From contig SPCL01000002.1 of assembly GCA_004525335.1 (NCBI GenBank), forward strand, positions 1 to 32,798: a stretch of 32,798 bases of DNA. Reading direction: 5' to 3'. The translations under genes and the position numbers were made by a program. The notes under the pieces are model-generated. The model was given only the letters and a program-made list of their open reading frames with translations. It was not told where the DNA came from and made no database searches. Shown piece after piece: positions 17,549 to 26,000 of the stretch (the stretch's first letter is position 1; every line of letters starts with the position of its first letter). Source of the stretch: Thermodesulfobacteriales bacterium (GTDB lineage Bacteria; Desulfobacterota_D; UBA1144; Nemesobacterales; UBA2774).

Positions 17549-18289
17549 ATGAGCGAGTTTCCAAAGGGTATATTCATAACCGGTACGGATACCGGAGTTG
17601 GCAAGACTATTGTTACAGCTGCAATTGCATGGAATTTAAAACAGGCGGGCCGAAACGTTGCTGTAATGAAGCCTGTGCAGACCGGCACTATAGTTAGCGG
17701 TCCTACAGACATCGAATTTGTTCAGAGCTTGATCGGTGACGATTATACTATTGATACTTCATGTCCATTTATGTTTCCCGATCCGGTTGCGCCTCTGGTT
17801 GCTTCAATGCTTGCCGGTGAAAGAATTAATATCAAAAAGATTAAGGAATCTTTTTCTGATCTCAGTAAAGAAAATGATACTGTTCTAGTCGAGGGCGCAG
17901 GCGGGCTTCTCGTTCCTATTTTAGAAGACTACTTCATGTCTGATCTCGCGTTAGATTTAAATATTCCCATCTTAATTGTTGCGCGTCCAAACCTCGGAAC
18001 ATTAAATCATACACTTTTAACACTGGAATCGGCTAAAAGGAAGGGGCTTGAGGTAGCCGGAATTGTTATCAGCAATTACCCTTGGGACCCTGGAATACCG
18101 GAGCAGACTAACCCTGAGCTTATTCTTAGTATGACCGGTGTAAATATATTGGGGATACTGCCGCATGATAATTCAATATCTGTAGAAAAAGGTGAGGTCG
18201 GTAACCTAAGGGATTTAGCCTTGTCAGGATTATCTAAAGAGCTAGGCGGCACATTTGATATGGAAGAGTTCCTCTCTTCATTTGAATAG
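17549..18289 (+). CDS. bioD: dethiobiotin synthase
   Basis: 246 aa. The N-terminal P-loop is FITGTDTGVGKT, and EGAGG is also present. No other bio genes are in the window. Confidence 0.88.
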   Translation: MSEFPKGIFITGTDTGVGKTIVTAAIAWNLKQAGRNVAVMKPVQTGTIVSGPTDIEFVQSLIGDDYTIDTSCPFMFPDPVAPLVASMLAGERINIKKIKESFSDLSKENDTVLVEGAGGLLVPILEDYFMSDLALDLNIPILIVARPNLGTLNHTLLTLESAKRKGLEVAGIVISNYPWDPGIPEQTNPELILSMTGVNILGILPHDNSISVEKGEVGNLRDLALSGLSKELGGTFDMEEFLSSFE

Positions 18290-18340
18290 AGATTAAGACT
18301 GCTTTTTCTTCCGACTTTATGTATATTTCAACTAAATTAG

Positions 18341-18360
18341 TTAATAAATCATATGTAATT
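18341..18360. repeat. copy 2 of the exact 20-mer TTAATAAATCATATGTAATT
   Basis: Identical to 15741..15760. It ends 21 nt upstream of the actA -35 hexamer. Confidence 0.9.
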
Positions 18361-18381
18361 GAAAGAAAAGTGCTTCAAAAC

Positions 18382-18410
18382 TTGACAGATTTCTACGACA
18401 TGATATAAAT
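18382..18410 (+). promoter_or_regulatory. candidate sigma70 promoter of the ACIII operon
   Basis: TTGACA at 18382..18387, a 16-nt spacer, and the extended -10 TGaTATAAA (18401..18409). It lies about 70 nt upstream of the actA ATG. Confidence 0.5.
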
Positions 18411-18478
18411 ACTAGGCGTTTTAAGAATTAGGCATTAATTCTTTCCAAACGGACACATTTCATAGCTAAGGAAAAAGG

Positions 18479-19045
18479 ATGAAAAAAGGGACAAAAATAC
18501 TTTCAATACCTCTACTATCAGTCTTTATTCTTCTTGGTTTCTATTTTTATAATGCTGAAAGCAGTGATCAAGGGCCAAAACAGCCGATTCCTTTTAGCCA
18601 TAAGATACACGCTGGTGAAGATCAGCTTCCTTGCCAATATTGTCACAGCTTTGTAGATGTGTCTCCCAATCCTGGAATACCGTCCGTAAAAAAATGTATG
18701 GGCTGTCATCAGCATATCGTTGGTCGTGATGTGGATTACGACTTTGACGGGACTACTATAAATATTAAAAATGAAATAGCTAAAGTTAGGGAATACTGGG
18801 CAAATAAAGAGCCCATCCCTTGGACAAAGGTTAATTCAACGCCGGGATATCTGCACTTTACTCACAAGCGTCATGTCAAACGCGGTTTTGAGTGTGCGCA
18901 GTGTCACGGGGACGTAGCAAGCATGGATCAGGTTTATAAAGTTAACAGAATGAATATGGGATTTTGTATTACTTGCCATACAGAAAATGCTAAAAATCAC
19001 GAAGAACTTACACACTTAAAGGATTGTTTGACCTGTCATTATTAA
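18479..19045 (+). CDS. actA: alternative complex III subunit ActA (pentaheme cytochrome c)
   Basis: 188 aa with an N-terminal TM helix. It has five CxxCH motifs: CQYCH, CMGCH, CAQCH, CITCH, CLTCH. It is the first gene of the act-type gene order. Confidence 0.88.
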   Translation: MKKGTKILSIPLLSVFILLGFYFYNAESSDQGPKQPIPFSHKIHAGEDQLPCQYCHSFVDVSPNPGIPSVKKCMGCHQHIVGRDVDYDFDGTTINIKNEIAKVREYWANKEPIPWTKVNSTPGYLHFTHKRHVKRGFECAQCHGDVASMDQVYKVNRMNMGFCITCHTENAKNHEELTHLKDCLTCHY

Positions 19046-19057
19046 GTGGAGGATAAG

Positions 19058-21994
19058 ATGTCCGAAGAGAAAAAAGGTGGTATCAAAAGAAGGGATTTTC
19101 TTAAAATCATCGGTGTAGCCAGTGGTACAGCTGCTGTTGCTTCATCGTGCTCAGAGCCTGTTGAGCAAATAATCCCTTATGTCATTCCGCCTGAAGGAAT
19201 TATTCCCGGAGTCCCAAATTACTATTCAAGCACGTGTAGGGAATGCCCTGCGGGTTGCGGAATCATAGTAAAGAACCGTGAAGGAAGGGCTATTAAGATT
19301 GAGGGTAACCCTGAAAGTCCTATTAATACCGGATCCACCTGTGCAATGGGGCAAGCAGCGCTTCAAGGTCTTTATAATCCAGACCGTTTAAGATCCCCAC
19401 TTTCTAATATAAATGCAGAAAAGCTGCAACCTCTAGGATGGGCTGCTGCTGAAACAGCTTTAACCCAGAAAATAGAAGAAGCCAGAAAAAACGGCAAAAC
19501 CGGAAATATAGTATTTTTATCCAATAATATTACAGGAAGCCTTGGTAACTTAGTCGACCAATGGATGGGTGCTTTGGGTGGTACGCATATTCAATATGAA
19601 ACATATCCCCATGAACCGCTTAAAGAAGCTAATAAGATCTCTTTCGGAATAGATAAAATTCCAACATATCACATTGAAAAGACAGAGTATCTCCTTTCCT
19701 TTGGAGCTGACTTTGTAGAAACGTGGCTCTCACCTGTCCAATATACAAAACAGTTTAGCCAGATGCACAGCGTTAAAGACAAATCAGTAGGAAGGTTTGT
19801 CCATGTTGAGCCTAGAGCTTCATTGACTGCTTCAAATGCCGATGAATGGATTTCAATCAAACCCGGAACAGAAGCTATGTTAGCGCTAGGTATTGCAAAT
19901 GAAATAGTAAAGAGTGGGCAGTCACCTAACGGCGGCGCAGGGTTAAGGGGATTATTGTCCCAGTACTCTTTAGATAAAGTGTCTGAAATGACTGATGTTC
20001 CTAAAGAGACAATCGCTCAGATAGCTAAAGAATTTTCTTCCATGCAGCCAAGCCTCGCAATAGGCGGCGGAGTATCTGTTACAGGGACAAACGCAACTGA
20101 GACTCTAGTTGCTATCAACATACTTAACTATGTTGCAGGAAACATTGGAGAAACCGTAGATTTTGGCGATACACTGTCCATCTCAACAGCAAATTCTTTC
20201 CAGGATATTACTTCTTTAGTAAGCTCAATGGAAAATGGCGATGTTGATATACTTTTTGTATATGATGTAAATCCGGTTTTCACACTACCTAAACAATTAA
20301 ACTTTAAAGAAGCGGTTGGTAAAGTTCCATTTGTTGTAAGTTTCTCAAGCTTTATGGATGAAACAACCGAGCTTGCAAACCTAATACTTCCTAACAATAC
20401 ACCGATAGAAAGCTGGGGAGACTACTCTCCAAGAGAGAGCGTGCACGGACTTATACAGCCTGTGATGACCCCTGTATTTAATACCAAAGGTACCGGTGAC
20501 GTAATTCTATCAGTAAGCGGACAGGTTGAAGAGTTGAACGGTAAATTTACACAAACAACATTTTACGATTATTTGCAGGATTCTTGGAAAAAAGTATGGA
20601 CTGGAGCTTCCGGAGCAAGTGATTTTGATACATTCTGGAAAGAATCTCTTGAGAAAGGCGGATATTATAAAGAATTACCATCTAAGCAAGTTTCGCTTTC
20701 ACCTGGAGTTTCCAGTGTAAAATTCCCAGAGCCCGAATTTATTGGGGAGGGGGATTTTTACTTCATAGCCTATCCTTCATACAAGTATTATGATGGAAAA
20801 GGAGCTAATAAACCATGGCTTCAAGAGCTGCCGGATGCACTTACTACCGGTGTTTGGAGCTCTTGGGTTGAGGTTCATCCCGATACAGCTAAGAAGTTAA
20901 AAGTAGAACTAGGGGATTTTCTCTCAATAGAATCGCCTCAAGGCGTTATTGAAACCCAAGTGTATGTTTATCAAGGAATTAGACCCGATACTATATCAGT
21001 CATGATAGGGCAGGGACATACGAGTTACGGAAGATACGCTAAAGACAGAGGTGTAAACCCTACAACTATTCTTCCTATTGCTACAGATGCCAGGTCAGGT
21101 GGTTTTGCTTGGCTTTCTACTAAAGTTTCTGCTGCAAGGGTCAATAAAAGCGAACAATTTGTTCAAACTCAATATACGACAACACAGCATGATAGAGACA
21201 TAGCTCAAGCTATTAGTTTGACTGAGCTTGAGAAAGGCATACATCATGAAGAGCATCCTGAGCCTGATTTCTATCCCCCTAGAAAATACAATAAATACCG
21301 TTGGGCAATGAATATTGATCTACAAAAATGTGTGGGCTGTGGTTCATGTGTTACAGCATGTTATGCAGAGAACAACATAGCTTTTGTAGGAAAAGACATG
21401 GTTGCAAAAAGGCGCGATATGGCCTGGATTAGAATCGAAAGGTATTTCGAAGAGGCCAATAACAGCGCTGGTTTCCGGACTAGTTTTTTACCAATGCTCT
21501 GTCAGCAATGCGGCAACGCTCCTTGCGAGCCTGTATGTCCTGTATTCGCCACATACCATAACCCTGAAGGGCTTAACGGTATGGTATATAACAGGTGCGT
21601 AGGAACTAGATATTGCGCAAACAACTGCACTTATAAAGTTAGAAAATTCAACTGGTTTACCTATAAATGGCCTGAACCTCTTAACTGGCAGCTCAATCCT
21701 GATGTGACGGTTAGAAGTAAGGGTGTCATGGAAAAATGTACTTTCTGTGTCCAGAGAATTAATCACGCAAAAGATCTTGCCAAAGATGTAGGCCGTGATG
21801 TTGGTGAGGGTGAATTTAAAGTGGCATGCGAGCAGGCCTGTCCTGCTGAAGCGATTGTGTTTGGAAATCTGGAAGACCATGAAAGCACGGTTTCAAAGCT
21901 GTCTCATGATGATAGAGGTTATAAAGTTCTGGCAGCAGTAAATACTCAACCTGGGATTACATATCTAAAAAAAGTGACACAGGATAAGGCATAA
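19058..21994 (+). CDS. actB: alternative complex III subunit ActB (molybdopterin-oxidoreductase-like B1 domain fused to Fe-S B2 domain)
   Basis: The Tat motif RRDFLK is followed by a lipobox-like VASSC. The B1 domain carries CX2CX3CX27C. The C-terminal ferredoxin-type cysteine clusters include CVGCGSCVTAC and CQQCGNAPCEPVCP. I prefer ATG 19058 (GGAGG 6 nt upstream) to GTG 19046. Confidence 0.92.
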   Translation: MSEEKKGGIKRRDFLKIIGVASGTAAVASSCSEPVEQIIPYVIPPEGIIPGVPNYYSSTCRECPAGCGIIVKNREGRAIKIEGNPESPINTGSTCAMGQAALQGLYNPDRLRSPLSNINAEKLQPLGWAAAETALTQKIEEARKNGKTGNIVFLSNNITGSLGNLVDQWMGALGGTHIQYETYPHEPLKEANKISFGIDKIPTYHIEKTEYLLSFGADFVETWLSPVQYTKQFSQMHSVKDKSVGRFVHVEPRASLTASNADEWISIKPGTEAMLALGIANEIVKSGQSPNGGAGLRGLLSQYSLDKVSEMTDVPKETIAQIAKEFSSMQPSLAIGGGVSVTGTNATETLVAINILNYVAGNIGETVDFGDTLSISTANSFQDITSLVSSMENGDVDILFVYDVNPVFTLPKQLNFKEAVGKVPFVVSFSSFMDETTELANLILPNNTPIESWGDYSPRESVHGLIQPVMTPVFNTKGTGDVILSVSGQVEELNGKFTQTTFYDYLQDSWKKVWTGASGASDFDTFWKESLEKGGYYKELPSKQVSLSPGVSSVKFPEPEFIGEGDFYFIAYPSYKYYDGKGANKPWLQELPDALTTGVWSSWVEVHPDTAKKLKVELGDFLSIESPQGVIETQVYVYQGIRPDTISVMIGQGHTSYGRYAKDRGVNPTTILPIATDARSGGFAWLSTKVSAARVNKSEQFVQTQYTTTQHDRDIAQAISLTELEKGIHHEEHPEPDFYPPRKYNKYRWAMNIDLQKCVGCGSCVTACYAENNIAFVGKDMVAKRRDMAWIRIERYFEEANNSAGFRTSFLPMLCQQCGNAPCEPVCPVFATYHNPEGLNGMVYNRCVGTRYCANNCTYKVRKFNWFTYKWPEPLNWQLNPDVTVRSKGVMEKCTFCVQRINHAKDLAKDVGRDVGEGEFKVACEQACPAEAIVFGNLEDHESTVSKLSHDDRGYKVLAAVNTQPGITYLKKVTQDKA

Positions 21995-23325
21995 TGAGTG
22001 AGCAAAATACGTTAACTTACGCAAGAGTCAATGATGATATAATAAGAATGCTTGATAAACCCACGTTTAAGTGGTGGGCACTCTTTTTGCCTACACTATT
22101 ATTTGTTGGATTTGGCCTATTTTGTTTTATCTATCAGGTTCATTATGGGCTAGGCGTTGCAGGATACAGACACCCTGTTTTTTGGGGCGTATACATTACC
22201 GACTTTGTATTCTGGGTTGGTATTGCGCACTCGGGAACTTTGATTTCTGCAATTTTATTCTTATTCCGCGCCAATTTTCGAATGTCTATATACAGAATTG
22301 CCGAAGGTATGACTGTGTTTGCGGTTCTAACAGCGGGGCTCTTTCCCATTATTCACTTAGGTAGGCCGTGGAATTTTTACTGGTTATTCCCATATCCAAA
22401 CCAGCGAGAGCTTTGGGTTAACTTTAAATCTCCACTGCTATGGGACGTTTTCGCGGTAAGTACTTATCTGACCGTTAGCGCTCTTTTCTTCTTTATCGGA
22501 ATGATCCCGGATATCGCGGCAATCAGAGACAGGGTTACAGAAGTTCCCAGGAAAATTATCTACTCGATACTTTCTTTAGGATGGAAGGGGTCTAACTGGG
22601 AGTGGCTCCATTACACAAGGGCATATCTTTTCTTTGCCGCTTTTGCAACTCCTCTAGTGCTCTCTGTACATAGCGTAGTATCTTGGGATTTCGCAATGTC
22701 CAATCTACCTGGATGGCATACTACTATCTTTGCCCCATACTTTGTTGCCGGCGCAATATTCTCAGGGCTTGGTATGGTTATTACACTCACCGTTCCTATT
22801 AGAAAAATTTTCCACTTAGAGGACTATATTACTCTTGATAACTATGACGGCATGGCAAAGCTTATTATGCTTACCTCCTGTATTGTGGGTTACGCATACG
22901 GAATAGAGTTCTTCATGGCGTGGTACAGCGGTAGTCCTGCCGAGTGGGGTCAGTTCTACTACAGGGCAACCGGCGAGTATGCGCTGTTCTATTGGATTAT
23001 GGTTGTTTGTAACGTTGTCATTCCACTACCTCTTTGGTTTAAGAGCGTACGTAGAAATATAAAAATACTATTTATCATGTCGATCTTCATTAACATTGGA
23101 ATGTGGTTTGAAAGATTTAATATCATTGTGATTTCCCTATCTCGTGGATTTGATCCTGCGGCTTGGGGAATCTACACACCTTCATGGGTTGAGATTGGTA
23201 TTACCGTAGGAAGTTTTGCATGGTTCTTTATGTTCTTCCTAATTTTCCTAAAAACTCTTCCCTCGGTTTCTATAACTGAAATGAAGGAATTATTGCCTGT
23301 ACCTAGAAAGGAGGCAAAGACATAA
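21994..23325 (+). CDS. actC: alternative complex III subunit ActC (NrfD/PsrC-like quinol-interacting membrane subunit)
   Basis: 443 aa and polytopic, with about 10 TM helices. Its start overlaps the actB stop (TAATG). Confidence 0.9.
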   Translation: MSEQNTLTYARVNDDIIRMLDKPTFKWWALFLPTLLFVGFGLFCFIYQVHYGLGVAGYRHPVFWGVYITDFVFWVGIAHSGTLISAILFLFRANFRMSIYRIAEGMTVFAVLTAGLFPIIHLGRPWNFYWLFPYPNQRELWVNFKSPLLWDVFAVSTYLTVSALFFFIGMIPDIAAIRDRVTEVPRKIIYSILSLGWKGSNWEWLHYTRAYLFFAAFATPLVLSVHSVVSWDFAMSNLPGWHTTIFAPYFVAGAIFSGLGMVITLTVPIRKIFHLEDYITLDNYDGMAKLIMLTSCIVGYAYGIEFFMAWYSGSPAEWGQFYYRATGEYALFYWIMVVCNVVIPLPLWFKSVRRNIKILFIMSIFINIGMWFERFNIIVISLSRGFDPAAWGIYTPSWVEIGITVGSFAWFFMFFLIFLKTLPSVSITEMKELLPVPRKEAKT

Positions 23326-23837
23326 TGAGTGATAAACAGGGAGTTCTTGGAATATTCACATATTTGGATGTGACAATTGAGACGGTAAAAAAACTAAGAG
23401 ACGCCGGTTTTAAAAATCTTAGAGTATTTTCTCCGTTCCCTAATCATGAGATCGAAGAGGTTATGGACGAGCCTGAGAGCATAGTTCGCTTCTTTACTCT
23501 TTTTGGAGCAATGCTCGGTGCTGCTTGTGGAGTAGGGTTTACAGTCCTTATGTCCTCGGATTGGCCCATTTCCGTAAGTGCAAAGCCAATCGTATCATTG
23601 CCGCCATTTATGGTGATTATATTTGAGTTAACGATTTTAATGGGAGCGCTATCTACGCTTGTCGGCTTGCTTGTTAACTCACGTCTAAGACGCAACGCTC
23701 CAAGAACTATGTATGACACCAGGTTTTCTGAAGACAAATTCGGCATTATGATTACATGTTCTAAAGAAGGTGTTAAGGATGCTGAGGAGATATTAACTTC
23801 TCAGGGGGCTGAAGATATTAAATTTGACAGTATATGA
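23325..23837 (+). CDS. actD: alternative complex III subunit ActD
   Basis: 170 aa. A soluble N-domain is followed by two TM helices (DUF3341-like layout). It is coupled to actC by TAATG. Confidence 0.8.
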   Translation: MSDKQGVLGIFTYLDVTIETVKKLRDAGFKNLRVFSPFPNHEIEEVMDEPESIVRFFTLFGAMLGAACGVGFTVLMSSDWPISVSAKPIVSLPPFMVIIFELTILMGALSTLVGLLVNSRLRRNAPRTMYDTRFSEDKFGIMITCSKEGVKDAEEILTSQGAEDIKFDSI

Positions 23838-24459
23838 ACGGTTTTTTGACTATCTAGGAGGTAAAACAGGATTGTTCTTAAAAAATAGGAAATTTTATCT
23901 ACTTTTAATACCTGTTTTAAGTTTAATGGGTACTTTGAAGGCTTTTTCCTTTCCATGGTCTTTTGATATGTGGGTGCAGCCTTCTATACTCCCATATGAG
24001 GAGCCTGTAATTTACCCAGACCTTTCTGTTAGTACTACAGGGCTTAGAATAAAACCGGAGCCAAGAGAGGACTTTGAGAGTATTTCAGTAAACCCAGTTC
24101 CTGCAACCCAAGAATCACTTGCGAATGGTGAGAAGGAGTTCAATATATACTGTTTTGCTTGCCATGGAATGGAAGGTAAGGGAGATGGGCCGGTAATCAA
24201 AAGAGGTTTCTATCCTTTAAATCTTCTAACACCCGGCGTAATAGCAAGAACTGACGGATATATATATGCATACATAAGATACGGTGGGAAGGTTATGATG
24301 CCTAGTTACCGTGAAAGCATCACTTCAGAAAATGCTTGGGATATTGTGAATTATGTAAGAAAGCTACAAGGTAATCCAGTGAAAGAAACCGTAGCTGAAC
24401 CGCCTGCAAATACTGAAACCCCGGCAACTGAGGACACTGAACAGGAGAGCGCTGAGTAA
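23824..24459 (+). CDS. actE: alternative complex III subunit ActE (monoheme cytochrome c)
   Basis: It has a single CFACH motif, a distal Met region (GGKVMMPSY) and an N-terminal hydrophobic anchor. The start is uncertain. It is either TTG 23824 or in-frame TTG 23872, which has AGGAGG 10 nt upstream. Confidence 0.8.
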   Translation: MTVYERFFDYLGGKTGLFLKNRKFYLLLIPVLSLMGTLKAFSFPWSFDMWVQPSILPYEEPVIYPDLSVSTTGLRIKPEPREDFESISVNPVPATQESLANGEKEFNIYCFACHGMEGKGDGPVIKRGFYPLNLLTPGVIARTDGYIYAYIRYGGKVMMPSYRESITSENAWDIVNYVRKLQGNPVKETVAEPPANTETPATEDTEQESAE

Positions 24460-24460
24460 G

Positions 24461-25702
24461 ATGGATGATAAAATAAGAGATGATATATTAGCCAAAAGAT
24501 CGCTGATACCTAGTTGGTCTATCTATTTATTCCTGATAATTGCATTGATCGGCTTCGGCACTTTTGTTTATAAAATCACAGGGTCCAATCCTGAAAACGC
24601 ATGGGAAATTTTCTTAATAAACTTTCTATTCTGGACCGGTATTGCACAGGCTGGAATAATATTCTCCTGTATTCTCCGCATAACCAACGCAAGGTGGGCA
24701 AGAGCACTTCTTAGAATTGCCGAAGGACTTGGAGCATTCCTCCCTATATCCTTCATATTGCTTCTCGTGATTTTTGCTGGTCGGGACTATATACTTCCTT
24801 ATGCAACCGAGCACTATCATCACCCAAAAGATGTATGGCTTAATATGACTTTTGTAGTTGCTAGAAATGTTATCAGTTTTCTAATTCTACTAATACTGAG
24901 CGCTTTCTACTTGTACTATTCCTTAAGGCAGGATCTTGGAGGAGTAGGGGATAAATTAGGCGGCTTTGCAGGCTGGATTGCTTCGGGATGGACTGGAGAA
25001 GACGAAAGGAAGGCGATTTGGAAAAGGCTAGGGCAACTAGCTCCCGCAGTATTAATTTTTTACGCTATCACATTTAGCTTTTTTGCTTGGGATTTGATAA
25101 TGTCCCTTGATCCTCATTGGTTTAGCACTCTATTTGGCCCTTACTATTTCATGGGCAGCTTCTTGGGTGCTCTTGGAACTATAATTATTCTATCCATAAT
25201 GCTGAGAAGAAGACTTGGGTTGGAAGAATATATAGTAGATACACATTACCATGATATGGGCAAGCTGCTTCAGGGTTTCTCATTATTCTGGGTCTACCTC
25301 TTTTTCTCACAATTACTACCTATCTGGTATGCAAACATGCCTGAAGAAACAGGGTTTGTTATTAAGCGAATACAGGAAGAGCCGTTTCAATCCTTAGCAT
25401 GGGCAGTTCTAACCTGCGTTTTTATCTTCCCGTTCCTCTCACTCGTACCTAGAACTAATAAAATAGTAAAACCAATTGTTGTATTCATCGCTGGAGTTTC
25501 TCTAACAGGACTATGGCTTGATAAATTTGTGCTTATAGTTCCTTCTTTATCAGATACAATAAATATAGGGATTACTCAATTACTTATAACTCTTGGTTTC
25601 TTAGGAGCCTTTGTTATGATGTTCCTATTATTCATGAGAGCATTCCCGTCAATATCTGTGGGCGATCCATTCTTTGGCGGTAAGGCAAAAGGAGGACATT
25701 AA
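24461..25702 (+). CDS. actF: alternative complex III subunit ActF (second NrfD-like membrane subunit)
   Basis: 413 aa and polytopic. It is a paralogue-like partner of ActC and sits in the expected operon position. Confidence 0.88.
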   Translation: MDDKIRDDILAKRSLIPSWSIYLFLIIALIGFGTFVYKITGSNPENAWEIFLINFLFWTGIAQAGIIFSCILRITNARWARALLRIAEGLGAFLPISFILLLVIFAGRDYILPYATEHYHHPKDVWLNMTFVVARNVISFLILLILSAFYLYYSLRQDLGGVGDKLGGFAGWIASGWTGEDERKAIWKRLGQLAPAVLIFYAITFSFFAWDLIMSLDPHWFSTLFGPYYFMGSFLGALGTIIILSIMLRRRLGLEEYIVDTHYHDMGKLLQGFSLFWVYLFFSQLLPIWYANMPEETGFVIKRIQEEPFQSLAWAVLTCVFIFPFLSLVPRTNKIVKPIVVFIAGVSLTGLWLDKFVLIVPSLSDTINIGITQLLITLGFLGAFVMMFLLFMRAFPSISVGDPFFGGKAKGGH

Positions 25703-25845
25703 TGGACGAAAAGCATCTTGATATGATAGCTCAGGGAGTTGTTGTTGGTCTTTGTCTTGGAGTTGTAGGCTTTTTATCATTACTTACGGTTGTTGCGTTC
25801 CTAGGTCCTCAGATTGCGCCTTTGATGAATAAGCTTCCTTGGTAA
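25702..25845 (+). CDS. 47-aa single-TM protein, candidate small ACIII accessory subunit (in the position of ActG/ActH)
   Basis: This ORF is not in the supplied track. The ATG overlaps the actF stop (TAATG) and AAGGAGGA lies 6 nt upstream. The product is MDEKHLDMIAQGVVVGLCLGVVGFLSLLTVVAFLGPQIAPLMNKLPW, with one clear TM helix. Confidence 0.55.
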   Translation: MDEKHLDMIAQGVVVGLCLGVVGFLSLLTVVAFLGPQIAPLMNKLPW

Positions 25846-26000
25846 TTGAATTCTCATATTTAAATCGTTTTGTATTACCCTCTAAGAATAATCTGACTTA
25901 CTATATTCTCTTATTAAAACTCTGATATTGGTAGTTTGACAAATCTCCCTATTTAGTGCGAAAATGGTAAGACATTAAATACATTAGGAAGGAGAATCTT

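Noticed and set aside
18423-18443. The inverted repeat AAGAATTA-GGCAT-TAATTCTT in the actA 5' leader is a possible operator or hairpin.
   Set aside because: The 8-bp all-A/T-rich stem is thermodynamically weak and is expected by chance at this base composition. No T tract follows it. I kept it only as a note.
21488-21880. A 130-aa minus-strand ORF lies inside actB. Similar antisense or out-of-frame ORFs occur at 1318..1551, 3044..3238, 5365..5592, 13768..14004, 14320..14562, 15260..15577, 15759..16016, 22071..22364, 23444..23746, 26431..26697, 27362..27616 and 30366..30614.
   Set aside because: All are fully embedded in confidently identified genes. They lack ribosome-binding sites and their translations have no recognisable motifs. 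This is the typical shadow-ORF pattern.
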